This document shows, piece by piece, positions 21,173 through 31,863 of a DNA stretch of 64,000 nucleotides. Within the stretch, counting starts at the first letter, position 1, and each line of letters opens with the position of its first letter. A program made the position numbers and the translations under genes. The notes beneath the pieces were generated by a model that had not been told where the DNA came from, ran no database searches, and saw only the letters and a list, made by a program, of their open reading frames with translations. The DNA lies in assembly GCA_029838195.1 (NCBI GenBank), contig JALGVJ010000014.1, positions 1 to 64,000 of the forward strand, in the 5' to 3' direction. This DNA is from Promethearchaeota archaeon. GTDB lineage: Archaea; Asgardarchaeota; Lokiarchaeia; Sigyniarchaeales; SOKP01.

Positions 21173-22000
21173 ATGAATTATAGATTTTCAAGAACTACGA
21201 TTAGACCGAAAATATCTTCCTCTTTAAAAATTCCAAATAAAACCCCCTTAATATCACAGATAATTAAAGATAGATTCGGTATTCATAGAGGAATTGAAAG
21301 TCCTTACGCAATGCCTAATTCTTTGGAAGCAATAAAAAGTGCTGTAGATTTAAAACCCGTTTTTGTCGAATTTGATGTAATCCCCGTTAATGGAGACTTA
21401 AAGACAGCACATCCTCCTCAAAAGCCGTTAAATAATTTATCTGAGATATTATCTATTTTTAACGGGACACCCACATTTCCCAAAATTGATTTTAAATTAA
21501 AAGAAGATACTTATAAAGAAGCTATTGATAAATTATTAGAATTAATAAAATATTCCAAAAAGTTCGTATTAATTAACCTCTCAGGGATAAAAAAGAGAAA
21601 CCTCATAATGGATGCTGAATGCTATCTGGCCAACATAATAATGAATTACAAACACTTGCGCATGAACTTGGATCTTGCACGATATCGTCCTCCCCGGCAA
21701 AAATTAGATACATCAACGATAGCACATTTAAAAAATTTGGCAGACGTTGTTCATTCCATTAGCTTAGAAATTTATGAAGAAGATTGGGATTTGGTTTTTG
21801 AAACGGGTATAAATTTTGGAATTAAGAATTTCCAGTTTTGGTTGCGAGGATGGCCCGACGTTCCTCATCCTAAATTAAAATTAAAAACGATCTTGAAAGC
21901 CTTAGAATTAGAAAAGAAATTTAATGTATCCGTCTATTTTGATATTAACCCGAATTGGATAAAAGGCCCAAAAAAATCATTAAATCAATATTATGCTTAA
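21173..22000 (+). CDS. PLC-like/glycerophosphodiester phosphodiesterase fold protein (FAM151/Menorin-like)
   Basis: IHRG...N, VEFDV, TAHPP, KIDFK motifs. Confidence 0.65.
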   Translation: MNYRFSRTTIRPKISSSLKIPNKTPLISQIIKDRFGIHRGIESPYAMPNSLEAIKSAVDLKPVFVEFDVIPVNGDLKTAHPPQKPLNNLSEILSIFNGTPTFPKIDFKLKEDTYKEAIDKLLELIKYSKKFVLINLSGIKKRNLIMDAECYLANIIMNYKHLRMNLDLARYRPPRQKLDTSTIAHLKNLADVVHSISLEIYEEDWDLVFETGINFGIKNFQFWLRGWPDVPHPKLKLKTILKALELEKKFNVSVYFDINPNWIKGPKKSLNQYYA

Positions 22001-22141
22001 TTAAAAGTATTTTTTCTTCTCTTTTTTTAATCCAGACTTTTCATGAGAAAATATTTTCAATATACCTCGTTTTTATTGTGAATTTATCTTCATGAGAAAA
22101 AAAAGAAATAGAAAATTAAAAAAAAAAAATTATAAATTAAA

Positions 22142-23308
22142 CTAGGAATTTCCGTTAGAAATTTCAGTTTTTAGATTCATGAGCTGATAATCAAATTTTT
22201 CAGTGGGTTCACCTTTAATAAAAGACTCCGTTAATCGATAGGCTTCATCATCGGTTAATTGAATGGGAGGATGTTTCGTGAAGTAAGCACTTGGATAATA
22301 AAGGATCCCACCTTCATTTCTATCGAGCGCTAATTTGCAGCACCTGATTGCATCAATGACAATTCCTGCAGAATTGGGTGAATCTTCTACGGATAGACGC
22401 AATTCCAAATTGATTGGAATGTCTCCAAAGATACGGCCTTCCATGCGAAGGAAACAGATCTTATTATCTTTCTGCCAAGCAACCCAATCGCTAGGTCCTA
22501 TATGGATGTTTTCATTTTTTAATCTACTGGCTGCTTGGGATTGGACTGCTTCTGTTTTCGAAATTTTTTTAGAAACCAACCGGCTTCTATCTAGCATGTT
22601 TAAGAAGTCAGTATTTCCTCCAGTATTTAATTGATAAGTCTTATCTAGTTTGACACCTCTTTTTTTAAAGAGATTAGTCAATACTCTATGCACGATTGTC
22701 GCACCTAATTGAGATTTAATATCATCTCCGATGATAGGAATGTTTTTTTCTTCGAACTTTTTTGCCCAGATGGGATCCGAAGCGATGAACACTGGAATGC
22801 AGTTAACGAATCCAACTCCAGCTTCTATAGCACACTCGGCATAAAATTTAGCAGCATTTTCAGAGCCTACGGGAAGAAAGTTCACTAATATCTCCGTGTT
22901 GGTTCTCTTAAGCTCTTCCACGATATCTTCCTTAGTAGGTTCTTTTTCATCTGACAACACGAAGCTATATTCTTCATCATAATCGTTCATGTGTTCAGCA
23001 AAACCATCTAAAATCTTGCCCATTTTCACGATCACGCCTGTTTTTGGAATGTCTCTCCAGAATACCTTGGTACAATTTGGCGGTTGAAAAATTGCTTCTG
23101 CTACATCTTTTCCTACTTTGCGATAATCGATGTCATAAGCACCCACCACTTCAATATCTCCTGGTTTATAGCCTCCAATGTCCCAATGCATCAATCCAAT
23201 TGCATCTTTCTTTGATTTATGCTTGTAATATTCAATTCCTTGAATTAAAGCACTAGCACAATTTCCAAGCCCGATAATAGTGATTTTTATTTTCGAAATG
23301 GTTCTCAC
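22142..23308 (-). CDS. ino1: Myo-inositol-1-phosphate synthase
   Basis: GLGNCASALIQG, LPVGS, GDDIKSQLGAT, QLNTGGNTDF, DSPNSAG. Confidence 0.96.
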   Translation of the reverse strand: MRTISKIKITIIGLGNCASALIQGIEYYKHKSKKDAIGLMHWDIGGYKPGDIEVVGAYDIDYRKVGKDVAEAIFQPPNCTKVFWRDIPKTGVIVKMGKILDGFAEHMNDYDEEYSFVLSDEKEPTKEDIVEELKRTNTEILVNFLPVGSENAAKFYAECAIEAGVGFVNCIPVFIASDPIWAKKFEEKNIPIIGDDIKSQLGATIVHRVLTNLFKKRGVKLDKTYQLNTGGNTDFLNMLDRSRLVSKKISKTEAVQSQAASRLKNENIHIGPSDWVAWQKDNKICFLRMEGRIFGDIPINLELRLSVEDSPNSAGIVIDAIRCCKLALDRNEGGILYYPSAYFTKHPPIQLTDDEAYRLTESFIKGEPTEKFDYQLMNLKTEISNGNS

Positions 23309-23316
23309 CTCCTTTA

Positions 23317-24669
23317 TTATTCCTTATTCCGGCTATAATTTTTTTTTTTCATGTGTTTTATTGCTTGAATGGAATAAACAATACTCGTGATGATCGCATG
23401 AATGCACATGGAAAATATTATCAATTCAAAATGGGCAAAAATGCCCCATGCTAAGACATGTAGCGTATAAATATTTCTTCGGCCATCGAATCTTCTAAAT
23501 AATTGATCAAATCTACTAGAATCCGCCAGGCTTATCCCCATGACTTCTTTATATTGCATGGAACAATGCCTGCTAAAAGAATCTGCTAACAACATGATAA
23601 TTAGAGCAAACACGCTCAAGAAATTCTGGGTAATGAAATAGGAGCCCAAACCGATGCTCACATAAATCGCTTGTTCATATAATTGATCGAACGAATGTTC
23701 TATGTGTCCTACCTTGCTCTCTTTCATTCTCAAGCGAGCGAGCTTTCCATCTACACCATCAAAGATGTTAATTAAAATTAAATTTGCCACGCCGATCCAC
23801 CAATTCAATGTAAGAAAGAAAAACACCGTGATATAAGCTAAAATGTTTACGAAAATCGTGATGTGGTTAGCCGTGATTCGAGTATTTGCTAACAGTCGCA
23901 CGAACAGGTTCTCGAAATGCCGATTGAAATACCAAGCAATTACATCTAAAGTACCTTTTTGAGTGCGCTTTATCAAGAGATTTTTAGCTTTCTTAAAATC
24001 TTTATGATTTTTAAGAGTAAAATATAACAACGGTAAGTGTCTCCGCATGTCCGGCTTGTATGTATCTAATTCATCGGAAGAATGAATAATTGAAGAATCA
24101 AATCTACCATTTTCGAAAAGAGCATCCAAAGAATTAAAGGCTGTTTCAAGGATTTCGGTGCGTCGTTTTACATCTATTTTTGCACCCAATATTATTACAT
24201 CATCATTTTCAGCTTCAACTCCTTGGAAATTCTTTCCTTTTTTAATAATGATCTCTCTGTCATGATGGATCAACGCAGAGATGATTCTATCATCAATTAG
24301 AGCACTTCCATCAAGGATTATTGCTTGTAAGGATGGAAATTCTTTTTGTAGAACGTGGTTTTCGTTAAATAAATGTTCTTTTAATACTTGCGTGTTATTT
24401 AAAATTTTTAAACTTGAAAGCAGGGATTTATCAATATTTTTTAATGATTTTAAAGGTATTGATTCATTAGTAATGAGAAAAATATCTTTAATTCCATTCT
24501 TTTTCAAAAATTTAATATTTCTCTCTAAAATAGAGAGACCACACAAATCTTTTAAATAAAATGGGATCGAATTTATTTTAAAGGGGGAATCGGGAAGAAA
24601 TAATAAACCAAATATATTCTTCCTAATTTTGACCTTCTTAGATAATATTGGTGTCGGCTTTTCCAACAT
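23317..24669 (-). CDS. CDP-alcohol phosphatidyltransferase (DIPP synthase-like) with degenerate N-terminal NTP-transferase domain
   Basis: ITANHIT and DGVDGKLARLR motif. The N-terminal half resembles an NTP transferase but lacks the LAAG loop. Confidence 0.8.
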   Translation of the reverse strand: MLEKPTPILSKKVKIRKNIFGLLFLPDSPFKINSIPFYLKDLCGLSILERNIKFLKKNGIKDIFLITNESIPLKSLKNIDKSLLSSLKILNNTQVLKEHLFNENHVLQKEFPSLQAIILDGSALIDDRIISALIHHDREIIIKKGKNFQGVEAENDDVIILGAKIDVKRRTEILETAFNSLDALFENGRFDSSIIHSSDELDTYKPDMRRHLPLLYFTLKNHKDFKKAKNLLIKRTQKGTLDVIAWYFNRHFENLFVRLLANTRITANHITIFVNILAYITVFFFLTLNWWIGVANLILINIFDGVDGKLARLRMKESKVGHIEHSFDQLYEQAIYVSIGLGSYFITQNFLSVFALIIMLLADSFSRHCSMQYKEVMGISLADSSRFDQLFRRFDGRRNIYTLHVLAWGIFAHFELIIFSMCIHAIITSIVYSIQAIKHMKKKNYSRNKE

Positions 24670-24708
24670 TGAATTTCACTCTCCTTTACACGTGATTTGT
24701 AATTCAAT

Positions 24709-25503
24709 TCATAATGTAATTTCGAAGGGGGTTATATTTGGAGAATTGTTAAATGTATTTATTAAGCAATAATAGTTCGAATAGTTATCCACATCTATCC
24801 AAATAGTATCCGGAACGTCAAGATACCCTACTTTTAGATTCGAACGCAAAGCAGTTAAAATAACATCCGTGACTCCAAAGCGATATTTCCGGGATTCAAC
24901 CCGTTGACATGTCCTTCTTAACGGTTCTGTCTTTAAAATGAAAGCCCCCATATCCAATCGATTGTAATCAACTAATTCTTTCCCCATGTTCATGATATAA
25001 GAATACATGCCATTAACCTTAGTCGCGTCCTCCAAGTCATAATAACCCGGTGTTTCCATGGGATCTGTGGCTAATAGAACATCATATCCATTATATTTTT
25101 TAATTAATTTGCGATAAACATTCTTTGAAAATACATGATCCGCCATTGATAAGAGCACGTGATCTGATTTCACGTGATTTAATCCTAAGTAGAGGCTATA
25201 TCCATTTTCTCTTTCAGGGCTCGGATTATTAATGATTTCAATCGTAAGCTCCGATACATTCGGCAATAACATCTTAACTTGTTTGAACAATCTCTTTTTA
25301 AATCGTTTTTTATTCAAGATTCGACTCGCAACTACATGTATGCTCTTAATTCCCGCTTCGTGCATTGCTGAAATTATATAAGCCAATAAGGAGGCTTTAT
25401 TAAGGCGCAAAAAGTATTTCTTGTAATGCTTGTTCTTGAAATTAAAACGCCTCGATATTCCCGCTGCTAAAATTAATCCTTCTACATGTATTTTTTTCTT
25501 CAT
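24709..25503 (-). CDS. Inositol-1-phosphate cytidylyltransferase-like NTP transferase
   Basis: LILAAGISRRF, ERENGYSL, LSMADH, EDATKV, DMGAF, WIDVD. Confidence 0.8.
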   Translation of the reverse strand: MKKKIHVEGLILAAGISRRFNFKNKHYKKYFLRLNKASLLAYIISAMHEAGIKSIHVVASRILNKKRFKKRLFKQVKMLLPNVSELTIEIINNPSPERENGYSLYLGLNHVKSDHVLLSMADHVFSKNVYRKLIKKYNGYDVLLATDPMETPGYYDLEDATKVNGMYSYIMNMGKELVDYNRLDMGAFILKTEPLRRTCQRVESRKYRFGVTDVILTALRSNLKVGYLDVPDTIWIDVDNYSNYYCLINTFNNSPNITPFEITL

Positions 25504-25947
25504 TTTTGTTTAACCACCTCTGAAGTGAACTATAAATCATTCTATATCTCGACAGAACCCTCTATCAAGTTGGGTTCAATCGAAATATTTTTTATAATAA
25601 TAGGTGTTGAATGTAATATAATATTAGATTTTTAGGGAAAGGGATGAAATTATTATAGAGAAAATCCCTCTCAATAACGTGTTAAATTCTAATATTATTA
25701 TATCCTTTAAATTGAATTTTACTCTTATTTTATAAAATGCCATGTTATTATTTAAAGTTTTCTGTGATTAGGAGATCATTATTTAAAAATTTTATTTGAT
25801 CATATCAAACTTTATCGAAAATTATCAATATTGAATTTTTCTTAGTAATCAATCTCGGAATGCCCTTTATCCATTACATAATAAATTTAATGAAAAGTGG
25901 ATTATTAATTAACAATTATTTAATTGGAAAAAAAAAGGAAAAAAAAA

Positions 25948-27192
25948 ATGCTTGATTATTTAATTAGTGAAGAAAACCGAAAATTGAGGGAAGAAGTAAG
26001 AACTTTTGTTAGAGATGAGGTGCCCCCTTCACTTTTGAGAAAAATGGACAAGGATGAAGTTTGGTATCCAACTGACTTTGTAAAAAATTTGGCAAAACAT
26101 AATTTAATTGGATTAAGATTTCCTAAAAAACATGGAGGGCGGGGTCTTAATTGGGAAAGTGAAGTCCTTGCCTTGGAGGAAATTGGCGTGCTGGGAATGT
26201 CTTTAGGATGCTTATATTCATTAGTTAGCATTTGTGGGGAAGCCCTTACTAAGTTTGGTAATGAAGAACAGAAACAAAAATACTTGGTTCCCATGCTTAA
26301 AGGCGAGAAATTTACCGCAGAAGCTCTTACAGAACCACGAGGAGGAAGTGATTTTTTTGGCGCAACGACGACCGCAGTCAAAGAAAATGATTATTATATC
26401 TTGAATGGAGAGAAACGATTTGTCGTGGGGGCTGAAGGTGCAGATTTCTTTCTCGTCTACGCCAAAACAAATTTGGATCCTAACGTTGACCCTCACGAGG
26501 CATTAAGCCTTTTCATAGTTGATAGATCAGAGGGCGTAAGGACGGAATACTTATACGGCCTAATGGGGACGCGGGGAGGTGGAGCGGGGAGGCTTAAATT
26601 TAAAGATGTAAAAGTTCCTGCTGAAAATATTATTGGGCGAGAGGGCGATGGGAGTAAAATTTTTTATCAAATGATGATTCCTGAAAGACTAACTACAGCA
26701 GCAGGAATCTTGGGCGCAGCAAGAGCTTGCTTAAGGATTGCAACAAAATATAGTTCAAAACGAAAAGCATTTGGGCAAGTAATTCGACGATTTGAAGCCG
26801 TTAGCTTTAATATTGCTGAGAGCATAACGCTTTTAGATGCGGCTCGATCAATTGTTTTTAACACGGCACGAATCATTGACAATGGAGCACCTCCAGCTTT
26901 ACAGCGACGAATGGTATCGGAATCGAAGAAATTTTCCACGGAAGCTTGTTGGAAAGTCATTAACAACGCAATGCAAGTCATGGGAGGAATAGGATATACA
27001 ACGGTGTATCCCATCGAAAGGCTGTTGAGAGATGCTAGATTAGCCTCTATTTGGACCGGCACGAATGAAATAATGAGTCTAATCATCCAACACGAATGGT
27101 ACAAGGAGATCCTAACCGAGAAATGGTTGGGAAGAGATGTAGAACAAGATGCTATTGATGCGGAACATGAGGATGAAAAGCATTATGGATAA
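25948..27192 (+). CDS. Acyl-CoA dehydrogenase
   Basis: [45 protein letters not shown]. Confidence 0.95.
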   Translation: MLDYLISEENRKLREEVRTFVRDEVPPSLLRKMDKDEVWYPTDFVKNLAKHNLIGLRFPKKHGGRGLNWESEVLALEEIGVLGMSLGCLYSLVSICGEALTKFGNEEQKQKYLVPMLKGEKFTAEALTEPRGGSDFFGATTTAVKENDYYILNGEKRFVVGAEGADFFLVYAKTNLDPNVDPHEALSLFIVDRSEGVRTEYLYGLMGTRGGGAGRLKFKDVKVPAENIIGREGDGSKIFYQMMIPERLTTAAGILGAARACLRIATKYSSKRKAFGQVIRRFEAVSFNIAESITLLDAARSIVFNTARIIDNGAPPALQRRMVSESKKFSTEACWKVINNAMQVMGGIGYTTVYPIERLLRDARLASIWTGTNEIMSLIIQHEWYKEILTEKWLGRDVEQDAIDAEHEDEKHYG

Positions 27193-27348
27193 TTTATTTC
27201 ACCATTTTAAGGGGAAATCGTTTATAATGATAAAAGGGAGCAATTAATGATTTTTCATTGAAATGGGAGAGAATAAAAAGATCTCGAAATTAAAAAAAAA
27301 GATCTTACAAATTTATTTAATTAAAAAAAGAGATTTTTATATTATCTT

Positions 27349-28530
27349 TTATAGGATTTCTTTACTTTTTACGCGCACGCGAACCAGTAGATCACGGAGT
27401 TCTAATTTGTCATTATCGCTTTGAATATATTTTTTCTTAACGCCTTCAGATAATGGGATATTGACGATTTTATTTCCTTGTAATGCAACCATTTTTCCGA
27501 AATCCCCGTTCAAAACGAGTTTCATAGCAGCTAATCCAAATCTTAACCCTAAAATCCTGTCGAATGCATTTGGTGTGCCCGCTCTCATGGTATGTCCTAA
27601 TACCACGCTTCGACACTCGAAATCAATGTTATTTTTTTGAAATTCTGCTTTTAAATCTTCTCTTAAATTCAACTCATCCACTAAAATTTGGGAGATGTTT
27701 AAAGCTTGGAGTTTAGGGTTCCCAAATTCATCTTTTGGTAAGTTTTCAATAGTTTCTTGAGATATGGTTTTAAAATCCTTGATTAATGATTCTTTTTTTG
27801 GGTAAGCCCCCTCTGAACATGCGATGATATGATATTTATATCCGGCATTGACTCTTTTCTTTAGTATTTCAATAACATCTTTTTCTAAATCAAATGGGTG
27901 TTCTGGAATTAAAATGATATCGGCTCCAGAAGAAATGCCGCTATATAAGGTGAGAAATCCGGCATCTCTTCCCATGATTTCCACCACGAATACTCGTTGA
28001 TGAGACCTTGCCGTTGTAGTAAGATTATCCAAGGCATTGGAGGCTAATTGAACAGCACTCCAGAAACCAAAAGTGTAATGCGTTCCGGCGAGATCATTAT
28101 CAATGGTTTTAGGACACCCCACGACTTTCGCTTTTGAGTACTCATACATGGCATTAGCAACGCCAAGGGTATCATCTCCCCCAATCACGATTAACGCATC
28201 AATACCTAAAACGTCAAATTGTTTAGCTAATTCTTGGGCTATTTGTTTCTTTAATGTTTCTGTTTCCTCCTCCGTTTTAGCTCTTGATACCGGTTTAAAA
28301 GGGTTTCTACGACTTGTATAGAGATGCGTCCCTCCAATTGTATGAAGATCGTCGTGTTCAGCCACGTTTAATGGAATGGTTTCATTATTGAGAAAGCCTT
28401 TCCAACCTCTTAGAATTCCCACGCATTCAATTCCGGCATCAAATGCTTTTAACATTATAGCATATAATACGGAATTCAAGCCGGGACAATCTCCTCCACC
28501 GGTTAAGATACCTACTTTTTTAATGGTCAT
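27349..28530 (-). CDS. pfp: 6-phosphofructokinase (PfkA family, PPi-type signature)
   Basis: TGGGDCPG, GGDDT, PKTIDND, MGR, LGHTMRAG. Confidence 0.88.
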   Translation of the reverse strand: MTIKKVGILTGGGDCPGLNSVLYAIMLKAFDAGIECVGILRGWKGFLNNETIPLNVAEHDDLHTIGGTHLYTSRRNPFKPVSRAKTEEETETLKKQIAQELAKQFDVLGIDALIVIGGDDTLGVANAMYEYSKAKVVGCPKTIDNDLAGTHYTFGFWSAVQLASNALDNLTTTARSHQRVFVVEIMGRDAGFLTLYSGISSGADIILIPEHPFDLEKDVIEILKKRVNAGYKYHIIACSEGAYPKKESLIKDFKTISQETIENLPKDEFGNPKLQALNISQILVDELNLREDLKAEFQKNNIDFECRSVVLGHTMRAGTPNAFDRILGLRFGLAAMKLVLNGDFGKMVALQGNKIVNIPLSEGVKKKYIQSDNDKLELRDLLVRVRVKSKEIL

Positions 28531-28632
28531 GGTTATATCTTGCTCATGTGACTATACTTGATTTAATTTAAAAACTTGGTAAAATTTAAATATAAAATTT
28601 TAGATATCATCATATTAAATCACGAATGAATC

Positions 28633-29214
28633 TTATTTTTTATCGATCTTTTGAAAACTATACGTGCTAGCATTAACGGGAAGAATATAACTTCCGCCCT
28701 CCGAATCCGTGAGAATTACGGTGAAATTTAAATTTCCCTCTAAAGCCTTATCCAAATCTTCAAGAATTTTAACTATTTTTTCTCTTTCAGGATCGTTTGG
28801 TGGCATGTCTTTCAAAAAAATTAAAACAGCTTCCTTGAATCGTTCTAAAATTCCCTCTACATTAGTTATATAAAAATCTGATTTAGGACCGGGCTCTACG
28901 AGTAATCCTAATTCAGGAATTTCTAACTTTCCCGTGGGGGAACGATATATTTTTGATTTCAAATCCTCCGGACAACTAATGCGCAATGTCATGATTCCTG
29001 CCTCCACGTTAGTCGTCAAGGGGATGATGTCGTTTTTATGAAAATTACAATGGTTACATTCAAATTTAATTATTAACATTTTATCTCCATCGGGGAGGTC
29101 ATGTACATGATGGAATATTTCCAGAATTCCCTCCTCACAGACCGGACATTTGAAAGAAAATTTATCCTCCGAATAAGCATTTGATTTATTCATGGTTAGT
29201 TCTACGTGATTCAT
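28633..29214 (-). CDS. ZPR1 zinc-finger protein (archaeal single module)
   Basis: CPVC...CNHC, EIPELGL.VEPG, ITNVEGIL, D..G.S. Confidence 0.9.
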   Translation of the reverse strand: MNHVELTMNKSNAYSEDKFSFKCPVCEEGILEIFHHVHDLPDGDKMLIIKFECNHCNFHKNDIIPLTTNVEAGIMTLRISCPEDLKSKIYRSPTGKLEIPELGLLVEPGPKSDFYITNVEGILERFKEAVLIFLKDMPPNDPEREKIVKILEDLDKALEGNLNFTVILTDSEGGSYILPVNASTYSFQKIDKK

Positions 29215-29653
29215 TATTAATTTTTAAGGATATTAAGAAGGTAGTGAAATTCTCGTGAAATTTTAACGATCTTTTTAAACAATAAACCTTGAGGATTAAA
29301 ATGATCATGAGTTTTTAATTTTAATTAATGAGGTGGCGCGTTTCATTCATATTTCATGGTTCGGGGAAGTAACTTATATATTTTATCCAAAAAATTTAAA
29401 ATTTACTCATGATTTTAGAAGATTACTTAATATAATATAAAGTGGAAAATCGTGTCGATACCTACTACCTTTAATGTAAATGTTAATGATGGCTACTTTA
29501 TATTATTATTAGACATGTTAATCTTAATTATGGTAGTAGTATTAATCTTACTTTTATAATGCGCCAATAAAAAATACTTTTATATCTTTTATTGGTTGCA
29601 TTGGTGAAATCGTAAAAAAATTAATTAAAAACAAAAAAGATGAAAAAAAATTG

Positions 29654-30244
29654 ATGGAAAAGGTAATTGAGTCGAATAGCAAGCCAATAGAAATAACTTT
29701 TCATGGGAGAGGAGGTCAAACCGCAGTCACGGCAAGTCAATTGCTTGCAGAAATGGCATTTGAAGAAAAATTCGTGGATTGCGTCTCCATTCCAATCATA
29801 GGCGCAGAGCGCCGAGGCGCTCCCATCATAGCTTTTACCAAAATATCCAAGGATAGAGTAATCAAGACTTATGATAGCGTGAAAGAGCCTGATTTCGTTT
29901 TCTTCTTCGATACCTCCTTGCTAGAGATCCCTCGTATACGAGATAGCATTAAAGAAGGAGTGACAATAATCGCAAATAGTAAAAAGCCATTAGATTCGAG
30001 CTTGTTGCCAAAAAATGTTAAAGTATTTATCGTGGATGCCACGGGTATCTGTATTAAATATGGATTAATGCATTCTAGTGGCCCTATTTTGAACATTCCC
30101 ATGATAAGTGCTTTTGGTAAAATAAGTCGATTTTATGGCCTTGATACCATAGAAAAAGTGTTAAAAAGAGAATTTGGAGAAAAAAAATTATCGATTAACA
30201 TGGCCGTAGCAAAAGAAGCATATGAAAACGTAAAGGAGGCATAA
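29654..30244 (+). CDS. porG: Pyruvate/2-ketoisovalerate:ferredoxin oxidoreductase gamma subunit
   Basis: FHGRGGQ, GAERRGAP, VDAT. Confidence 0.9.
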   Translation: MEKVIESNSKPIEITFHGRGGQTAVTASQLLAEMAFEEKFVDCVSIPIIGAERRGAPIIAFTKISKDRVIKTYDSVKEPDFVFFFDTSLLEIPRIRDSIKEGVTIIANSKKPLDSSLLPKNVKVFIVDATGICIKYGLMHSSGPILNIPMISAFGKISRFYGLDTIEKVLKREFGEKKLSINMAVAKEAYENVKEA

Positions 30245-30246
30245 AA

Positions 30247-30597
30247 GTGGCAAAAGCAGATACAGAAAAGTGGAAAAAAATAAATAAAAATAGGGAAACA
30301 CGTCCTAAAGTGCAAGAATATACATGTTGGGAAGAGTTATCCCCAATCCCAATCTCCTTGCCCATTGATGGTGCAATCGGTATCACGGGAGATTGGAGGA
30401 CATTTCGGCCATTGATTAAAAAAGGATGCAACAAATGCGGAATCTGTTGGATGTTTTGCCCAGAAGGAGTAATCCAAAAAAAAGAAGATGGATCTTTTGA
30501 AATTGACTACACTTATTGTAAGGGATGCGGAATTTGCGCCAAAGAATGTCCTACAAAAAATATTGAAATGAAAAGAGAGGCAGATATTGAAAAATGA
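30247..30597 (+). CDS. porD: 2-oxoacid:ferredoxin oxidoreductase delta subunit
   Basis: TGDWR; CNKCGICWMFCP and CKGCGICAKECP 2x[4Fe-4S] motifs. Confidence 0.92.
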   Translation: MAKADTEKWKKINKNRETRPKVQEYTCWEELSPIPISLPIDGAIGITGDWRTFRPLIKKGCNKCGICWMFCPEGVIQKKEDGSFEIDYTYCKGCGICAKECPTKNIEMKREADIEK

Positions 30598-31862
30598 TTG
30601 AACCAGAACACCAAAAAGAGGAATTCGTACAGGAAAAAGAGATTAAAATTATAAAAGGAAATGTGGCTGCTGCTTATGCGGCAAAATCAGCGCGCGTTCA
30701 AGTCATAAGTGCTTATCCCATTACCCCGCAAACCACCGTGGTAGAAAAGCTTTCGGAATTCGTGGACGGGGGCTTGATGCCCGGGACTCAATATATCAGA
30801 GTGGAATCCGAGCATTCTGTCTTGGCTTCCTTGGTAGGCGCTTCAATGGCGGGTGTGCGGACATTTACTGCCACCTCCGGCCAGGGCCTTTTTTACATGA
30901 ATGAAATGGTTCATTGGGCGGCAGGAATGAGATTACCCATAGTAATGGCAATTGCGAGCAGGGGTCCAGCTCCTCCATGGAATATTTGGGCAGATTTTAG
31001 CGACGTAGTGAGTTCCAGGGATACAGGATGGATGTGCTCATTCTGTGCATCGCATCAAGAGATTTACGATGAAATTTTAATGTCATACAAGATTTGCGAG
31101 GATTCTGATGTATTACTTCCGAAATTTGTGGTCTATGGAGGATTTATATTATCTCATACTTCAAAGCCCGTCATTATTGAGGATCAAGAGAAAGTCGATA
31201 ATTTTTTACCTCCGCTACCAGATGAGAAAGGATGGCCTCACGTGTGGATAGATCCTGATCGTCCCATGATGTTTGGAAACTTAATCATGCCTTCAGGATT
31301 TTACATGGAGTTTCGGATGAAAATCCATAATGCGCACATGAGAGCAAAGGAGAAAATCCAGAAAACAGCGAAAGAGTTCAAAGACGTTTTTGGTCGAGAC
31401 TATGGAAACGGTCTCGTTCAAGAATATCGGATGGACGATGCTGAAGTTGCTGTCATAAATTATGGAGATTTAGCCCTCCAAATGGAAGAGGCGGTAGATA
31501 GGGCTCGAGAAGAAGGTTATAACGTTGGATCCGTTAAATTAAGGTGTTTTAGACCCTTTCCTACTGAAGATGTGAGAACCATTGCGAAAAAAGTAAAAGT
31601 TTTAGGAGTAATTGATCGAGCTACAGCGTTTGGTAGCCAAACGGGCGGCCCCGTGAGTGGAGAGGTAAAGGCTGCTTTACATGGTGTTCAAGGAACTGCA
31701 GAAGTCATACCAATAATCAATGGATTAGGAGGACGGGAAGTGTCTTTAGCTCAACAAGTTGACCAATTAAAAATGTTAGTTCACTATAAAGAAACGGGAG
31801 AACTACCTAAAGAGAAATTGGTTAATGGAACAATATGGGATGGATTACTGGAGGTGAAATGA
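30594..31862 (+). CDS. porA: 2-oxoacid:ferredoxin oxidoreductase alpha subunit
   Basis: AYPITPQT, VESEH, TATSGQGL, FRPFP, GLGGR. Confidence 0.92.
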   Translation: MIEPEHQKEEFVQEKEIKIIKGNVAAAYAAKSARVQVISAYPITPQTTVVEKLSEFVDGGLMPGTQYIRVESEHSVLASLVGASMAGVRTFTATSGQGLFYMNEMVHWAAGMRLPIVMAIASRGPAPPWNIWADFSDVVSSRDTGWMCSFCASHQEIYDEILMSYKICEDSDVLLPKFVVYGGFILSHTSKPVIIEDQEKVDNFLPPLPDEKGWPHVWIDPDRPMMFGNLIMPSGFYMEFRMKIHNAHMRAKEKIQKTAKEFKDVFGRDYGNGLVQEYRMDDAEVAVINYGDLALQMEEAVDRAREEGYNVGSVKLRCFRPFPTEDVRTIAKKVKVLGVIDRATAFGSQTGGPVSGEVKAALHGVQGTAEVIPIINGLGGREVSLAQQVDQLKMLVHYKETGELPKEKLVNGTIWDGLLEVK

Positions 31863-31863
31863 A

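Noticed and set aside
29462-29539. ctactacc/ggtagtag inverted repeat upstream of the por operon
   Set aside because: Only 8 bp with a spacer of about 60 nt; compatible with chance.
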